This document shows positions 1 to 13,035 of a stretch of DNA of 64,000 nucleotides, piece by piece. Within the stretch, counting starts at the first letter, position 1. The number at the start of each line of letters is the position of its first letter. Origin of the DNA: Squalus acanthias (lineage: Eukaryota). The stretch is from assembly GCA_030390025.1 (NCBI GenBank), contig CM059432.1:95978001-96042000 (forward strand), written 5' to 3'. Below the pieces are notes generated by a model. It worked only from the letters and a program-made list of their open reading frames with translations. It ran no database searches and had not been told where the DNA came from. Made by a program: the position numbers and the translations under genes.

Positions 1-1290
1 GACTGCATTATGATTTTCCAAATGCCCTGCTACTGCTTCCTTAATGAAGGACTCCAGCATTTTCCCAATGACAGATGTGAGACTAACTGGTCTATAGTTT
101 CCTGCTTTCTGTCTCCCTCCTTTCTTAAATAGGGGTGTTACATTTGCGGTTTTCCAATCCGCTGGGACCTCTCCAGCGTCCAGGGAATTTTGGTATATTG
201 CAACCAATGCATCCACTATCTCTGCAGCCATTTCTTTTAAGACCCTGGGATGCAAGCCATCTGGTCCAGGGGACTTGTCATCTTTTAGTCCCATTATTTT
301 ACCAAGTACTATTTCCTTCGTGATAGTGATTGTCTTTAGTTCCCCCCTCCCTGTGGCCCCTTGATTATCCATTATTGGGATGTTGTTCGTGTCTTCTACC
401 GTGAAGACGGATACAAAATATTTGTTCAGAGTCTCTACCATTTCCCCGTTCCCCATTATTAATTTCCCAGTCACATCCTCTAAGGGACCAACGTTTACTT
501 TAGCTACCCTCTTCCTTTTTATATACCTGTAGAAGCTCTTACTATCTGTTTTAATGTTTCTTGCCAGTTTACTCTCATAATTCATCATCTCTCTCTTTAT
601 TTTTTTTAGTCATCCTTTGCTGGTTTTTAAAAATGTCCCAATCCTCTGGTCTCCCACCAATCTTGGCAACATTGTATGCCTTCATTTTCAATTTGATACC
701 ATCCTTTACTTCCTTAGTTAGCCACAGATGGTGCTCCCTTCTCTTAAAATCTTCCTCACTGGAATATATTTTTGTTGAGAGTTATGAAATATCTCCTTAA
801 ATGTCCGCCACTGCATTTCAACTGTCTTACCCTTTAATTCATTTTTCCAGTCCACTCATGCCATTGTAATTGTTCTGCCCTCATGCCATTGTAATTGCCT
901 TTGTTTAAGATCAGGACACTGGTTTGAGATACAACTTTCTCACCCTCCAACTGAATTTGAAATTCACCATGCTATGATCACTCTTTCCTAGAGGATCCTT
1001 TACTATGAGATCATTTATTAATTCTGTCTCATTACATAGTACCAGATCCAAGATAGCCTGCTCCCTGGTTGGTTCCATTACATACTGTTCTCGGAAACCA
1101 TCCCGGATGCACTCTGTGAACTTCTCCTCAAGGCTACCGTGGCCAATTTGATTTGTCCAATCAATATGGAGATTAAAATCACCCATGATTATTACCGTAC
1201 CTTTTTTACAGGCCTCCATTATTTGTTGATTTATACTCTGTCCAACAGTATTGCTACTGTTCGAGGGCCCGTAGACTACACCCACCAGAG
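1..1290 (-). mobile_element. CR1 LINE ORF2 fragment (APE endonuclease and linker), decayed, runs off window edge
   Basis: ORF 911-1285 has IIMGDFN, EPTREQAILDLVLCN and LGKSDH endonuclease motifs; the rest matches other CR1 copies in the window. Confidence 0.85.
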
Positions 1291-1291
1291 A

Positions 1292-3010
1292 CTTTATATA
1301 ACGCCTTTAACGTATTAAAAAGCCCCAAGGCGCTTCACAGGAGCGTTATCAAACAAAATTTGACACTAAGACACAATGAGATATTAGGACAGATGACCAA
1401 AAGCTTGGTCAAAGAGGTAGGTTTTAAGGAGCGCCCTAGAGGAGGAGGGGAGAGAGAGAGAGAGAGAGGCGGAGAGGTATAGGGAGGGAATTCCAGAGTT
1501 TAGGGCCTAGACAGCTGAAACCACGGCTGCCAATGGTGGAGCAATTAAAATAGGGGATGCACAAGAAACCAGAATTGGAAGTTGAGATCTCGGAGGGTTG
1601 TAGGGCTGGAGGAGGTTACAGAGATAGGGAGGAGCGAGGCCATGGAGGGATTTGAAAACAAGGATGAGAATTGAAGCGTTGCTGGATCGGGGGCCAATGT
1701 AGGTCAACGAGCACAGGGTGATGGGTGAATGGGACTTGGTGCGAGTTAAGATACGGGCAGCAGAGTTTTGGATGACCTCAAGTTTACGGAGGGTGGAAAA
1801 TAGGAGACCGGCCAGGACAGTGTTGGAACAGTCAAGTCTAGAGGTAACAAAGGCATGGATGAGGGTTTCAGTAGCAGATGAGCTGAGGCAGGGGCGGAGT
1901 CAGGTGATGTTACGGAGGTGGAAGTAGGCGGTCTTGGTGATGACAAGGATACGTGGTCGGAAGTTCATCTCTCTGTCAAATACAACACCAACGTTACAAT
2001 CGGTCTGGTTCAGCCTCAGACATTTGCCAGGGCGAAGGATGGAGTCAGAGACTAGGAAATGGAGTTTGTAGCGGGGACAGTGGTTTTGGTTTTCCCAATA
2101 TTTAGCTGGAGGAAATTTCTGCTCATCCAGTACTGGATGTCAGACAAGCAGTCTGATAGTTTAGAGACTGTGGAGGGGTTGAGAGAGGTAGAGCTGGGTG
2201 TCGTCAGCGTACATGTTTTTGGATGATGTTGCTGAGGAGCAGCATGTAGATGAGAAATAGGAGGGGGCCAAGGATAGATTCTTGGTGGACTCCAGAGGTA
2301 ATGGTGTGGGAGTGGGGAGAGATGCCACTGCTGATGAGTGTCTGGCTATGATTGGATAGATAAGAATGGAACCAGACGAGTGCATTCCCAACCAGCTGGA
2401 CAACGGAGGAGAGGCATTGGCGGAGGATGGTGTGGTCAACCATGTCAAAGGCTGCAGACAGGTCGAGAAGGATGAGGAGGGATAGTTTACCATGGTCACA
2501 GCCACATAGGATGTCATTTGTGACTTTGATAAGAGTCATTTCAGTACTGGTACGGGAATGATTCAAACATGGAGTTCTAGGAAATGTGGGCACGGATTTG
2601 GGAGGTGACAGCACATTCAAGGACTTTGGAGAGGAAAGGGAGATTGGAGACGGGGTAGTAGTTTGCAAGGACAGAGGGGTCAAGGGTGGGTTTTTTTTAG
2701 GTGAGGGGTGATGGCAGATTTGAAAGGGAGGGGGACAGTACCGGAGGAGAGAGAACCATTAGCAATATCAACTAACATGGGGGCCAGGACAGGAAGGGAA
2801 GTTGGGTGGTCAGCAGTTTGGTGGGAAAAGGGTCGAGGGAGCAGGAGGTGGGTCTCATGAGCAAGATGAGTTTGGAGAGGGCATGAGGGGAGATATAAGA
2901 AAAATTAGAGAGAGATGCGAGTTCTGAGCTTGGGCAGGGGGGAACCTGAGATGACGTTTGGCCTGGTGTGCTAGGGGAAGGGAGGGAAGCGGCAGAAACA
3001 GCTGAACGGG
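1292..3010 (-). mobile_element. L2-clade LINE, 3' portion (RT domain to 3' tail)
   Basis: LLILLDLSAAFDMVDH, LGPLLFLIY and YADDTQLY motifs; tail 'tttatataacgcctttaacgt' near 1294. Confidence 0.85.
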
Positions 3011-3545
3011 CATGAACAAAGAACAGGTACTGATAGATGAAAACTGACACTGATCTGGTGTGGGATGCCTTGATGCTGGGGTAAAGGCAATATATTGTGG
3101 ATTAGAGAGAACTTTGCTCTTCATTTGACTAGTGTTATTGATTCTGACATGATTGGCAATTCCATGCTCCTAATGAGAAGCTGTATTCACAAAGAACATG
3201 GGAGAGTTGGGGCTTCAATGTTGTACTCCTATGTTTGTGCATGCTTCCTGTAAGTGTGGCTTCCCACTGGAGTCACAGAATTACCCCGGTAATGCCCAAA
3301 GTAACATTAGGCCCTAGCATTTCTCAGGCCCCCTGTGAGATTCGCCCTTATAGGTGTATAAAATGTAATTTTTAAATATTTTTTGGTTTATTTCCTATTT
3401 GTGAATTATTTGATGCCCACTGTATATTAAGTAGATATCCGTGAGTGAGTACTTCATTGTAAGGTTTTTAAGATTTTACTTTAACTGTTGTATGCACAGT
3501 TTTGGTTTGCATTGTATTTTGAACTATCTATTGTAATTCTTTTAA

Positions 3546-3948
3546 AATCAAAATTCTCATCCTTGTTTTCAAATCCCTCCATGGCCTCACCCCTTCCTAT
3601 CTCTAATCTCCTTTAGCCCCACGACCCCCCGAGATATTTGCACTCCTCTAATTCTGCCCTCTTGAGGATCCCTGATTATAATCGCTCAACCTTTGGTGGC
3701 CGTGCCTTCTGTTGCCTGCGCCCTAAGCTATGGAATTCCCTGCCTAAACCTCTCCGCCTCGCTACCTCTCTTTCCTCCTTTAAGACGCTCCTTAAAACCT
3801 ACCTCTTTGACCAAGCTTTTGGTCACCTGCCCTAATTTATCCTTATGTGGATCGGTGTCAAATTTTTTGTCTTAAAATACACCTGTGCAGCGCCTTGGGA
3901 CGTTTTACTACGTTAAAGGTGCTATATAAATACAAGTTGTTGTTGTTT
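3546..3948 (+). mobile_element. L2 3' end fragment
   Basis: GGRAFCCLRPKLWNSLP...FKTLLKTYLF followed by tail 'gctatataaatacaagttgttgttg'. Confidence 0.8.
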
Positions 3949-4929
3949 TGAAAAAAATTAAACTGTTTTTGAAAAAACTGGTTGCCACATAAGTACCCAA
4001 AATTTAGCACCTAATTTTGTTGAGATAAACATTACATAGTGTAAATGGTACATGTGAACTTTGTCACAGCTTCAGTTGGTTGTTTGAGATATCATTTAAA
4101 CTGCTGCCCCATCTGTCTCTATATCTCTTTATATTCATAAAGTTGTATTCTAGAGTTGCCAGTGCTGTGGAATTTACCACGATTATATTGCAGAGCAAAT
4201 TCCATATCATTGGAGCAACAAAGAACTGCAAGCTTGTAAATGTGTTTTGAAGTTGCCATTTTGTTTGAGTATTGGACGTTCTCCAGTGGCTGGCGAAAGT
4301 AAATACAAGCCAGCAAGTGAAAAATTACTTTGCTGACCAGTATGGGTCAGCTGAGAGCCTCGGAAGATATGGCAGCCTGCACCTCCAGAGTATTTATTGT
4401 CGTAATACTGCTGTATTTGGAGGTGCCACCAAAACCAGCTTTACAGTGGTGTTGACGATAAATGCAGCATAACTTGCGTCATATCTAGTATTAGATTGGA
4501 AGCTTATGCCTAATAGACATATAATGTAATGTTGATGGAAAATGCAAGTGTAACAGTCTCATAGAACTGAGAAAAGTCTCCTAGAACTGAGATTGATAGA
4601 TCTCTAAAATGATGAAAGGGATGGATAATGTTTAGATTGACTTTGATTGCGGAACAAAAGGGTGCGAGTGCATATTCACGTGCTTCCTTTCAGAGCTCTA
4701 AGATCAGATTGAAGATTATCCGCACAGACATCAATGATAAAATATTATACTGAACATGATTGATCTTGTGCCAGCTGCTTAGAAGTGAATAATGTAATTT
4801 GTAAAGTTGGATTAACAGCCTGGAAATTTGCTTGATTACCATTAGGATTAGGAGCAATTTCAGAGATTTACCTTCTTGGAACTTTCACCTTTAGTTCAAA
4901 CAGCTGCACTTTAAAACTCCAAACTGTCT

Positions 4930-5185
4930 ATAACAATATCTTGCACTTATATAAGCACATTTAACGTAGTAAAATGTCCCAGGGTGCTTCACAAAAACGT
5001 AATCAGACAAAAATTTACACCAAGCCAAAGAAGGAGATATTAGGATGGGTTGCTAAAAGCTTGGTCAAAGAGATAGGTTTTAAGGAGCATCTTAAAGGAG
5101 GGAAGAGAGAGGTGGGGGGGTTTAGGGAGAGAATTTGGAGCTTCGGGCCGAGATGGCTGAAGGCACAGCCGCCAATGGTGGGGTG
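4930..5185 (-). mobile_element. L2 3' end fragment
   Basis: Reverse complement resembles the tail at 3700-3948. Confidence 0.7.
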
Positions 5186-5194
5186 AAGCATCGA

Positions 5195-5555
5195 TGGCCA
5201 CGCCGGCATTTATTGCCCATCTCTAGTTGCCCTGAGAAGGTGGTGGTGGGTTTTACGTTTGATACAACTGAGTGGCTATATCAGAGGGGAGTTATTAGTC
5301 AACCATGTTGTGTGGTACTGGAGTCACTAGAAGGCCAGACCGGGATTTCCCTAAACGACATTAGTGAACCAATTGGGTTTTTATGACAATCGGACAGCTT
5401 CATGGTCACCTTTACTGATACCAGCTTTTTATTTCCAAATTTTATTAACTCAATTCAAATTTTCAAACTGTCAAAGTGGGATTTGAACTCTCCTCTGCAT
5501 TATCAGTCCAGGCCTCTGGATTACTTGTTCAGTAGCATAATCACTACACTACTGT
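5195..5555 (-). mobile_element. tRNA-derived SINE with LINE-derived 3' tail
   Basis: B-box-like GAGTTCAAATCCC on -; head resembles 26731-26960; tail 'atttattgcccatc...gagaagg' is shared with the LINEs at 7265-7958 and 26961-27925. Confidence 0.65.
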
Positions 5556-5559
5556 AGGC

Positions 5560-6110
5560 CGTGCCATGGCCCTATTTATCAAACCCAAAATGCCTTTTGT
5601 CATTTTAAGCCTTTATTTATCTGCACTTGCATTTTTCAAGGAATTACCTATTTGTACCTCTAGATCTCTCTGTTCCTCTACATCCTTCAGGTCTTTCCAT
5701 TTAGCTTATATTCCCCTTTCTGGTTTTTCCTCCCAAAAGGTATTGCCTCAGAATTCTCCACATTAAATTGTATCTTCCGCCTGTCCAGTCATTCTGCCAG
5801 CTTCTGTGTCTTTCTGAACTCTCTTACAGTTCTCTTTGCTGTTTTCCAAACTCCCTACTTTTGTGTCATCAGCAAATTTTGATAGCATGCTCCTTAAACC
5901 CCAGTCCAAATCATTATACAAGAATAAAAGTGGACTTTAGCCTTGGAGCTGGATTACACTTCCAATCCTAAATCTTTATTTCTTGTCGGGCAACCAACTT
6001 TCTATTCAAGCTTCTACATTTCCTCTTGTAACATCCACCTGAATTATTATAACAGGTTATAACAATCAAGCACCTTCTGAAAATCCATATACATGTGTAG
6101 CACCTTCTTC
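5560..6110 (-). mobile_element. Old CR1 RT fragment
   Basis: Degenerate KFADDTK-like 'tttgtgtcatcagcaaattt' and DFQK-like 'ccttctgaaaatcc'. Confidence 0.55.
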
Positions 6111-6157
6111 CTCCAGTGAGGCAGTTGTAAATTAGTATCAGCAAGAATAGTTAATTA

Positions 6158-6510
6158 CAGGAAACTCTTTGGTATCCGGCACCGACGGGACTGGGGTGGT
6201 GCCGGTTGATTAAAAATTCTGGATGACGGAGAGGGTTATCTACCGAGGCTATTTTTAACAAACAAAAATAAAAGAATCAAGAAATGTGCAGTATACAGTA
6301 ATTGGGTACTCACCTACAGAATGTTGTGTTAAATGGATGGTGGAAGATGCTTGATTAAATACAGTACTACCAGTTGCGGGTAATCCATAACTCTTTAATT
6401 ACTTAACAGTAAAACAAAACGGTTATTGGGGTGGTGTTTTCGGAGTATGAATTTTGCCGGTTAATAGAGAATTCCGGATATTTAGGTGCCGTTTAAACGA
6501 GAGTTTCCTG
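6158..6510. mobile_element. Tc1/mariner (Tigger/pogo-like) MITE
   Basis: Imperfect ~26-bp TIRs CAGGAAACTCT...CGGCACC at both ends, with TA at 6156-57 and 6511-12. Confidence 0.8.
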
Positions 6511-6519
6511 TAGTATTTT

Positions 6520-6870
6520 CTGATGGATCAGCTGCTTAATCCAGTAAGTAATTAATACATGCAGAGAGGGAAGATCCCACATTTGATCACCAGTCTCTGC
6601 TGCGTTTACTCATCTCAGCTGGGGTAGTAGTAGGAATGCTGCATTTGATCGCACGCCCCTGAGTTGGTAAGGGAAATATTGTCAGAGTTCCTGCTCTAGA
6701 TTACTGTTCTGAGCCCTTTTTGAAGTGTGGATGTAGGTGAGGACAGGATCAGACTTGGATCTAATGCTTCCTAGGTCAAATAGCCTGTGCAGGCTTACAT
6801 ATGAATAATGTCCACTTGAGACAGATTCTGGTAGGTGGCTGGTGCCTGTGAAACAGTACCCCCCCCAACA
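6520..6870 (+). mobile_element. Ancient SINE-like repeat (family uncertain)
   Basis: Degenerate B-box-like 'atcccacatttgatcacc' and a body resembling old vertebrate SINEs; recognition only. Confidence 0.35.
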
Positions 6871-6884
6871 GGGTGTGTGTTTTC

Positions 6885-8337
6885 TTTATTCATTCTCAGT
6901 ATATATTTATTGTCCATCCCTAGTTGTCCTTGAGAAGGTGATGGTGGGTCTTGAACTGCTGAAGTCTGTGTGGTGATGGTACTCCCATAGTGCTGTTAGA
7001 TAGGAAGTTCCAGGATTTTGACCCAGCGACGATGAAGGAATGACACTATATGTCCCAAGTTGTGATGGTGTGTGACTTGGAGGGGAACTTGGAGGTGATG
7101 GTGCTCCCATGCACTTGCTGCCCTTTTCCTTTGAGGTGGTGGAGGTCATGGGTTTGGGAGATGCTTCTGAAGTAGCCTTGGTGAGTTACTGCAGTATATC
7201 CTGTAGATAGTATAGTATACACTGCACACCTGGTAGAACGATGGTGGAAGTTTGTTTAAGTGTTCAGTTCCATTCACAACTCCTCAGATAATGAAGCAGT
7301 CCATGCCCACATGCAGCAAGACCTGGACGACATTCAGGCTTGGGCTGATAAGTGGCAAGTAACATTTGCGCCGCACAAGTGCCAGGCAATGACTATCTCC
7401 AATAAGTGAGAATCTAACCACCTCCGCTTCAGGAGTGTGATGGAATACTCTCCGCCTGCCTGGATGAGCGCAGCTCCAACAACACTCAAGAAGCTTGACA
7501 CCATTCCAGGACAAAGCAGCCCGCTTGATTGGCCCCTCATCCACCACCTTAAACATTCACTCCCTCCACTACCGGCGCACCGTGGCTGCAGTGTGTACCA
7601 TCTATAAGATGCACTGCAGCAACTCGCCAAGGCTTCTTCGGCAGCACCTCCCAAACCCACGACTTCTACCACCTAGAAGGACAAGGGCAGCAGGCGCATG
7701 GGAACACCATCATCTGCAAGTTCCCCTCCAAGTTACACACCATCCTGACTTGGAAGTATATCGCCATTCCTTCATCATCGCTGGGTCAAAATCCTGGAAC
7801 TCCCTCCCTAACAGCACTGTGGGAGTACCTTCACCACACGGACTGCAGCAGTTCAAGAAGGTGGCTCACCATCACCTTCTCAAGGGCAATTCGGGATGGG
7901 CAATAAATGCTGGGCCTTGCCAGCAACGCCCACATCCCATGAACGAATGGAAAAAAAAGCTGGTGGATGGGGTACCGATCAAGCGGGCTGCTTTATCCTG
8001 GTTGATGTCAAGCTTCTTCAGTGTTGTTGGAGCTGCACCCGCCCAAGCAAGTGGAGAGTATTCTATCACTGACTCCTGACTTATGCCTTATAGATGGTGG
8101 AGAGGATTTGGAGAGTCAGGAGGTGAGCCACTTGCTGCAGCATATCCAGCATCTGACCTGCTCCAGTTGCCATGACATTTATGTGGCTGGTCCAGTTGAG
8201 TTTCTGGTCAATAGTGACCCCCAGGATGTTGATGGTGGGGGATTTGACAATGATAATGTCATTGAATATCAAGGGGAGGTGGTTACGCTGTCTCCCGTTG
8301 GAGATGGTCATTGCCTGGCACTTGCGTGGCACGAATG
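6885..8337 (-). mobile_element. CR1-group LINE 3' portion, interrupted by an antiparallel copy of the same family
   Basis: NILGVTIDQKLNWTSHIN and STIYKA (ORF 8081-8377); host reads 'gtttaag|g(c)tggtggatgggg' across the 7265-7958 insert. Confidence 0.75.
7265..7958 (+). mobile_element. Same-family LINE 3' fragment nested in the opposite orientation
   Basis: QDKAARLI...KSWNSLPNS motifs; 3' tail 'cccatgaacgaatgg' followed by an A-run. Confidence 0.8.
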
Positions 8338-9223
8338 TTGAGAAGTGGGGTGGGGAGAATATTGACAAAGGAAACAAATGCGTAATTTACAGAGTGAGGT
8401 AAGTTGGCAGATTGTTGATAAGTGAGCTTTAAAACAGATGCACCATGCCTGTCTAACCATTGGTCTAAAGGTTACTGAAAGGCAAGATTTGTGTACACAT
8501 CTTTTCTTTATCTGATTAAGCTACAGGGTGAATCTCCAAATTAAAACTGATAAACAGTTGAGCTTACAATTATACTTCTGATGCAAAATAAAGAGCTTTT
8601 TTGAAGCCTTAAGGGATTAATGCTTAAAGATGCTCCTGTTGGTAAAAATCCTATTGAGTATTTTGCAGGCACAATTATTTTACTTCTACACTAGTTTCTC
8701 CATGAGGCAATGTTCATTGTTGCTGACAGTTCCCTTGTTTGAAGTGATCTGTAGAAAAATGCTTCCTGTTCCAGCTAGGTCACTGGTTCTGAGCCACCAT
8801 TTTTAATTGAGGTCTGAGCTTGATACTTGGAAGAAAATCTGCTTTAAGCAAACCGCCTACCTAACTGTATAAATGGATAGTCAGACTGAACATTAGTCCA
8901 ATGCTCAGTTTTTAATAGCAGCTAAAATATTAAACTTGTTTAAACTCACTTGTGATGCTTGAAATAAAGTTTTCAGCTTTTTTTCCCCTCTTTCTATCAT
9001 GACAGTTTAGTAATTGTTTTTATTCCTCTGCTATTAGATTATACTAACCAAAAATCCCTGGGAGCATCTCCTTCATGTGATGTTGTTGAACCCCAGGTGG
9101 CTAACTATCTTCTAGCTCTTTTGCAAAACAAAAGCATCGTATTTAAAATTATTTTAATAAATTGCTTTAGCTGTTAAAGAATATAAAAGAATATGCTAAT
9201 GCTGCATTATTTTTTTCCTCAAG

Positions 9224-9302
9224 GTCTGGAAGGGGTAGGAAATTGAGTGGAGACCAAATAACCTTGCCAACAACGGTTGATTATTCATCTGTTCCTAAAC
9301 AG
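9224..9302 (+). CDS. EBAG9: EBAG9 (RCAS1) internal coding exon, 79 bp
   Basis: AG/GT flanks; encodes (R)SGRGRKLSGDQITLPTTVDYSSVPKQ, matching vertebrate EBAG9. Confidence 0.95.
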
Positions 9303-9660
9303 GTATCCATTTTCAAAAATTGCAGTCAAGTAAATAGTCATGTTTTATTGAGTGTTTTATTTTGCTGCAGTTGGGTATAATACAATGGGAATTTGAAAGT
9401 AAATTAATTCAGATTGACTTTCCGCGGCAGATAGTAGTTTAATTTCCAAAGTTTGCAGTTACACCCACTTTTCAAACTGCATTTGAAGCTTTGTTACACT
9501 CCAGCGGCATTTTATATTGGCAGTGTGGCGGGGATGAAAAATGTCTGCACCATGCTAGGTGCTTTTACATTTGGTGGTTCTGTAGTTCACATCGTTGAAG
9601 GAGCGATAGCTACCCATTGTTAAAACTGATTCTATCCCAACAGCACAATCATACATCTGT

Positions 9661-10102
9661 TAGCTGTGGCTCAGTGGGTAGCACACTCGCCTCAGAGTCA
9701 GAAGGTTGTGGGTTCAAGTCCCACTCCAGGGACTTGAGCACATAAATCTAGGCTGACACTCCTGTGCAGTGCCGAGGGAGTGCTGCACAGTCGGAGGTGC
9801 CGTCTTTTGGATGAGACGTTAAACCGAGGCCCTGTCTGCTCTCTCAGGTGGACGTAAAAGATCCCATGGCTCTGAAGAAGAGCAGGGGAGTTATCCCCGG
9901 TGTCCTGGCCAATATTTATCCCTCAATCAACATAACAAAAACAGATTATCTGGTCATTATCACATTGCTGTTTGTGGGAGCTTGCTGTGTTCAAATTGGC
10001 TGCTGTGGTTCCCACATTACAACAAGTACTTCATTAGCTGTAAAGTGCTTTGAGACATCCGGTGGTTGTGAAAGGCACTATATAAATGTAAGTCTTTCTT
10101 TC
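9661..10102 (+). mobile_element. tRNA-headed Deu-domain SINE (SacSINE1/AmnSINE1 superfamily-like)
   Basis: A-box TGGCTCAGTGG, B-box GGTTCAAGTCC, central 'gatgagacgttaaaccgaggcc...aaagatcccatggc...ggtgtcctggccaatattt' Deu-like core, L2-type tail. Confidence 0.8.
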
Positions 10103-10685
10103 ATCTGCAAAAATATACAAGTATGGTCTATGAGAGGTTCAGACTTTAGTGCTAATTAATATTACTGCTGATTTCAGGACATTTGTAAATATTACTCTTA
10201 TATCAACAGTGTACAGGTTAAACTATAAGCTTTCTCAGGGGTAAGCATGCCTTATTCTGGAAAGACAAGTGTCTGGAATCTCATACCGAGGTGATCTATG
10301 AGAATATTCTTCGATACAAACAGTTGTGAACTAGCTTTAAAAAAAAAAGTACATAAAAGTCAACTTGGATTTTATGTGACCAGATTGTCTTTGCTAAAGT
10401 AATGTGTCTCTGTGCATACAAACTTCTTTAAAAGTATTTAAATAGCATTGTTTTTTTACAAATTACCTGAAGTGAATAGAGTGCATATTTCCTATAGTTG
10501 GCAGTTGGCACTAATGGGATTACGTCGTCAATTGCTTTGCTATTGGATTGTTGTGTGTCAGCATTTATTCTGCTGTGGCGATCTGAGTGATGGGCAAAAA
10601 ATATAAAATAATGTGTTTTCATATATCTGCGCTCTCCCTCCCCTATTTCCTAAATTATATTTGGCTCTCTTACGTTATTAATTAC

Positions 10686-13035
10686 ATAAGAACATAAGAA
10701 ATAGGAGCAGGAGTAGGCCAATCGGCCCCTCGAGCCTGCTCCGCCATTCAATAAGATCATGGCTGATCTGATCCTAACCGCCAATCTACTATCTACTATC
10801 ACAGAACCATCTCCTGCATCTAACAGAATTGCACACACGAAATAGGAGCAGAATCAGGCTACACGGTCCCTGGGCCCGCTCCACTACCCACAGGGCCATG
10901 ACCGATCCGAACCTAGACTCATGTCCAAATTCCTGCCCGCTCCCCGTAACCCTTAATGCCCTTTACTTCTAGGAAACTGTCTATTTCTGTTTTAAATTTA
11001 TTTAATGATGTAGCTTCTACAGCTTTTTGTGGCAGCATATTCCATGGACCTACCACCCTCTGAGTGAAGTAGTTCCTCCTCATCTCAGTTTTGAAAGAGC
11101 AGCCCCTTATTCTAAGACTATGTCCCCTAGTTCTAGTCTCAGCCGTCATCGGGAACATCCTCCCCGCATCCACCCGATCCAACCCCTTCACAATCTTATG
11201 TTTCAATAAGATCGCCTCTCATTCTTCTGAACTCCAATGAGTAGAGTCCCAATCTACCCAACCTCTCCTCATATGACCACCCCCTCATCCCCGGGATTAA
11301 CCGAGTGAACCTTTTTTGCACTGCCTCGAGAGCAAGGATGTCTTTCCTTAAGTAAGGACACCAAAACTGTATGCAGTATTCCAGGTGCGGTCTCACCAAT
11401 ACCTTGTACAACTGAAGCAATACCTCCCTATTTTTATATTCTATCCCCCTAGCAATGAAAGCCAACATTCCATTTGCCTTCTTAATCACTTGCTGCACCT
11501 GCATACTAACCTTTTGAGTTTCGTGCACCAGGACCCCCAGATCCCTTTGCACTTCAGTACTCTCCAGTTTCTTGCCATTAAGATAATAAATTGCTCTAGG
11601 ATTTTTCCTGCCAAAGTGCATCACCTCACACTTTCCAGTGTTGTATTCCATCTGCCAAATCTCTGCCCACTTACTTAGCCTGTCTATGTCCCCTTGCAGG
11701 TTTTTTATGTCCTCCTCACTCACTACTTTCCCTCCCATCTTTGTATCATCTGCAAATTTTGATATGTTACACTTGGTCCCTTCCTCCAAATCGTTAATAT
11801 AGATTGTAAAGAGTTGGGGACCCAGCACTGACCCCTGTGGAACACCACTAGTTACTGATTGCCAGTCTGAGAATGAACCATTTATCCCAACTCTTTGCTT
11901 TCTGTTAGATAGCCAATCCTCTATCCATGCCAGAATATTACCCCCAATCCTGTGATTTTTTACCTTAAGCAATAATCTTTTGTGTGGCACCTTGTCAAAT
12001 GCCTTTTGGAAGTCTAAATACACTACGTCCACTGGTTCCCCTTTATCCACTCTATATGTTACTTCCTCAAAGAACTCCAGCAAATTTGTCAAACATGACT
12101 TCCCCTTCGTAAAACCATGCTGACTTTGTCCTATTAAATTATGATTATCCAAATGTCCTGTTACTGTTTCCTTAATAATGGACTCCAAAATTTTACCTAC
12201 CACAGATGTTAGGCTAACCGGTCTATAGTTACCAGCCTTCTGTCTACTGCCCTTTTTAAATAAGGGTGTTACATTAGCAGTTTTCCAGTCTGCCGGGACC
12301 TTAGCGGAATCCAGGGAGTTCTGAAAAATTATTACCAATGCATCTACAATCCCTACCGCCACTTCCTTCAAGACTCTAGGATGTAAGCCATCAGGTCCAG
12401 GTGATTTATCCGCCTTGAGTCCCATTATTTTACCGAGTACCACTTCCTTAGTGATTTTGATCGTGTTTAGCTCCTCTCCCCTTATAGCCCCCTGTTTGTC
12501 CAGTGTTGGGATATTCTTAGTGTCCTCTACTGTAAAGACTGATACAAAATATTCATTCAGTGTTTTTGCCATCTCCATATTTCCCACCATTAATTTCCCG
12601 GTCTCATCCTCTAAGGGACCAACATTTACTTTAGCCACCCTTTTTCTTTTTATATAACTATAAAAACTCTTACTATCTGTTTTTATATTTTTTGCTAATT
12701 TACTTTCATAATCTATCTTCCCTTTTTTAATCAATCTTTTTGTTATTTTTTGCTGCCTTTTAAAGTTTTCCCAATCCTCTGTCCTCCCACTAGATTTCGC
12801 TACCTTATATGCCCTTGTTTTTAGTCGAATACTATCCTTAATTTCTTTACTTAGCCACGGATGACTGTCCTTTCTTTTACACCCTTTTCTTTTCAGTGGA
12901 ATATATTTTTTTTGGAAGTTGTAAAATAACTCCTTGAATGTACACCACTGATCATGTGTCGTCTTACCCTTTAATCTATTTTCCCAATCCACTCTACTCA
13001 ATTCCGCTCGCATACCTTCATAGTCTCCTTTATTG
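10686..13035 (-). mobile_element. Young 5'-truncated CR1 LINE with an uninterrupted 605-aa ORF2 segment
   Basis: ORF 11196-13013 has [30 protein letters not shown] and KFADDTK; frameshifted C-terminus 10919-11206; 3' UTR and tail to about 10686. Confidence 0.92.

Noticed and set aside
9661..9730. tRNA gene (also near 26735-26820)
   Set aside because: A/B boxes run into SINE bodies; no complete cloverleaf
11196..13013. 605-aa reverse transcriptase as a host gene or retron-like system
   Set aside because: Typical CR1 ORF2 lacking its endonuclease (5'-truncated), with a LINE 3' tail
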